Assembly: GCA_965221905.1 (NCBI GenBank)
Contig: OZ244922.1
Location: forward strand, 2,048,001-2,112,000
Source of the DNA: Chloroflexota bacterium
GTDB lineage: Bacteria; Chloroflexota; UBA11872; VXOZ01
Direction: 5' to 3'
DNA length: 64,000 nt
The position numbers and the translations under genes were made by a program. Numbering within the stretch: position 1 is the first letter of the stretch; each line of letters starts with the position of its first letter. The notes under the pieces were generated by a model, which saw only the letters and a list, made by a program, of their open reading frames with translations, was not told the DNA's origin and did not search any database. Positions 62,294-64,000 of this stretch are shown piece by piece.

Positions 62294-63574
62294 ATGACAG
62301 CGCTGGAGCAACGAACGCAGGGCGACAACGCTATCGTGCGGGGCGGCCGGCGTTTGACGGGCGAGGTGCGAGCGCGGGGATCAAAGAACTGCGCTCTTCC
62401 TCTGATGGCTGCCGCCCTACTTACGAAAGAAACGTGCGTACTGCACAACCCGCCATTCATTCGCGACGTCGCGGCAATGGCCGATCTGCTCACTAGCTTG
62501 GGCGCTCGCGTTGAACTAGATGAGAAACAGCGCACGATTACGATAACTGCAGACAAGATTACTTCTACGCGCACCCCAACGGCAATAGCAGCAAGTTTTC
62601 GGGCGTCGTTTCTCGTAACCGGCCCGCTGCTTTCTCGAGCCGGAGAAGCATCCTCAGTGCATCCCGGCGGCTGCAAGATTGGCGAACGGCCCGTAAACGT
62701 GGATCTGCTCGGCTTTGAGGCAATGGGCGCCACGGTAGAAAGCCAAGAGCAAGACTATCGGTTGTCCGCCAAACGCCTGAACGGTGCTCGACTCTATCTT
62801 GATTATCCCAGTCATACCGGCACAGAAAACCTCATGCTCGCCGCCACATTGGCGCAAGGAACGAGCGTAATCAGGCATGCTTCTGCCGAACCGGAAGTTG
62901 TTGCATTGGCCGATTGCCTCAATGAGATGGGAGCGCGCGTCCGTGGCGCAGGAACGAACACCATTGAAATTGAAGGAGTAGAGAGTCTCCATGGCGCCGA
63001 ATGGGACGTCATACCCGATCGGCACGAAGCGGGTACTTTCGCGCTAGCCGCAGCTATGACTGGCGGAGCGGTGACAATTCACAATGTTATCTACGACCAC
63101 TTAGAGCCCGTGCTTTACAAACTTGCGCAGTGTGGTGTTACCATACAAGGAACATGCGATCCGATTACGGTTTCCTCGAATGATCGTCTGCGAGCCGTAG
63201 AAGTACAAGCCATTCACTTTCCAGGTTTTCCCACAGACTTGCAGCCACAGATTTGCGCGCTGCTTACGCAGGCCAGCGGTGAGAGCGTCATCCACGAGCG
63301 CGTATTTGAAGCACGTTTCAACTACGTGGAAGAGTTGAGCAAGATGGGGGCCGATATCAACGTTTCAGGCGGGAAAGCGTATATTCATGGGCCAACGGTC
63401 TTGCGCGGCGCCACGGTACAAGCGCTCGATATTCGCTCCGGAGTCGCTCTCTTGCTCGCGGCACTGGCTGCCGAGGATACCACGCGCGTGAGGGATATGC
63501 ATCACGTTTATCGAGGATATGAGTCCCTTCCTGAAGACTTGATCGCTCTCGGCGCAAGCGTAGTAATGGAATAG
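62294..63574 (+). CDS. murA: UDP-N-acetylglucosamine 1-carboxyvinyltransferase
   Basis: 'GSKN', 'RASF', '[10 protein letters not shown]', 'GTEN', 'PGFPTDLQ', 'FEARF'. Confidence 0.96.
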   Translation: MTALEQRTQGDNAIVRGGRRLTGEVRARGSKNCALPLMAAALLTKETCVLHNPPFIRDVAAMADLLTSLGARVELDEKQRTITITADKITSTRTPTAIAASFRASFLVTGPLLSRAGEASSVHPGGCKIGERPVNVDLLGFEAMGATVESQEQDYRLSAKRLNGARLYLDYPSHTGTENLMLAATLAQGTSVIRHASAEPEVVALADCLNEMGARVRGAGTNTIEIEGVESLHGAEWDVIPDRHEAGTFALAAAMTGGAVTIHNVIYDHLEPVLYKLAQCGVTIQGTCDPITVSSNDRLRAVEVQAIHFPGFPTDLQPQICALLTQASGESVIHERVFEARFNYVEELSKMGADINVSGGKAYIHGPTVLRGATVQALDIRSGVALLLAALAAEDTTRVRDMHHVYRGYESLPEDLIALGASVVME

Positions 63575-63582
63575 CTAGATTT

Positions 63583-64000
63583 ATGTTTGGTGCACAGCAA
63601 ATCGGCATAGACCTGGGAACGGCTAACGTACTGGTCTACGTTCCGGGACGCGGCATTACTATTGACGGACCTTCCGTCGTCGCCGTTTCGACTGACGACA
63701 ACCACGTTGAAACTATCGGTGACGAAGCCCGCCAAATGATCGGACGGGTGCCATCCAATATCGCCGTTGTGCGCCCAATGCGTGAAGGCGTGATTGCTGA
63801 TTACGTCATTACCCAAGAGATGATCCGCCATCTGATTCGGCGCGTTTGCGGCCGGGTGCGCTTCTACAAGCCTGACGTTATGGTCTCGGTGCCAACCGGC
63901 ATCACCAGCGTCGAACGCCGCGCAGTGCATGATGCAGTGATCTCAGCCGGTGCCGGCAATGCTTACTTGATCGAAGAACCGCTTGCCGCCGCGCTCGGCG
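63583..64000 (+). CDS. mreB: Rod shape-determining protein MreB/Mbl, partial (runs off the window)
   Basis: 'IGIDLGTAN', 'PSVVA', '[11 protein letters not shown]', '[13 protein letters not shown]', 'IEEPLAAA'. Confidence 0.95.
   Translation, partial: MFGAQQIGIDLGTANVLVYVPGRGITIDGPSVVAVSTDDNHVETIGDEARQMIGRVPSNIAVVRPMREGVIADYVITQEMIRHLIRRVCGRVRFYKPDVMVSVPTGITSVERRAVHDAVISAGAGNAYLIEEPLAAALG

Overview
Bacterial chromosomal window, most likely Chloroflexota. This is inferred from the Chloroflexi-style secreted domains, the Tat-lipoprotein solute-binding protein and the GT-C membrane proteins; the spondin, TPR, MMPL and Fic content hints at a marine or host-associated lineage. The left part (1-14.3 kb) has metabolic and envelope genes (tatC, a cytochrome c fusion, GT-C, an aminotransferase, iolB), a 43-bp palindromic tandem array and tRNA-Leu(TAG). 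From the tRNA to about 42.7 kb lies an accessory region with two blocks. (i) A defence-like block: a two-component pair, full and truncated Fic genes around an MMPL transporter, an FRG-TPR protein, and a frameshifted type IIG restriction-modification gene carrying in-frame palindromic repeats. (ii) A co-oriented ~12.5-kb nitrogen-themed locus: amtB(stop) - degenerate PII - STAS - REC/PP2C - RsbW-like - orphan binding lipoprotein - TorS-like kinase - circularly permuted ATP-grasp - second Amt - alpha-E - transglutaminase. Block (ii) is the best candidate for an undescribed system. The right part has glycan genes, a complete F1Fo ATP synthase operon, murA and the start of mreB/mbl. All calls come from reading motifs by eye; no database searches were run.
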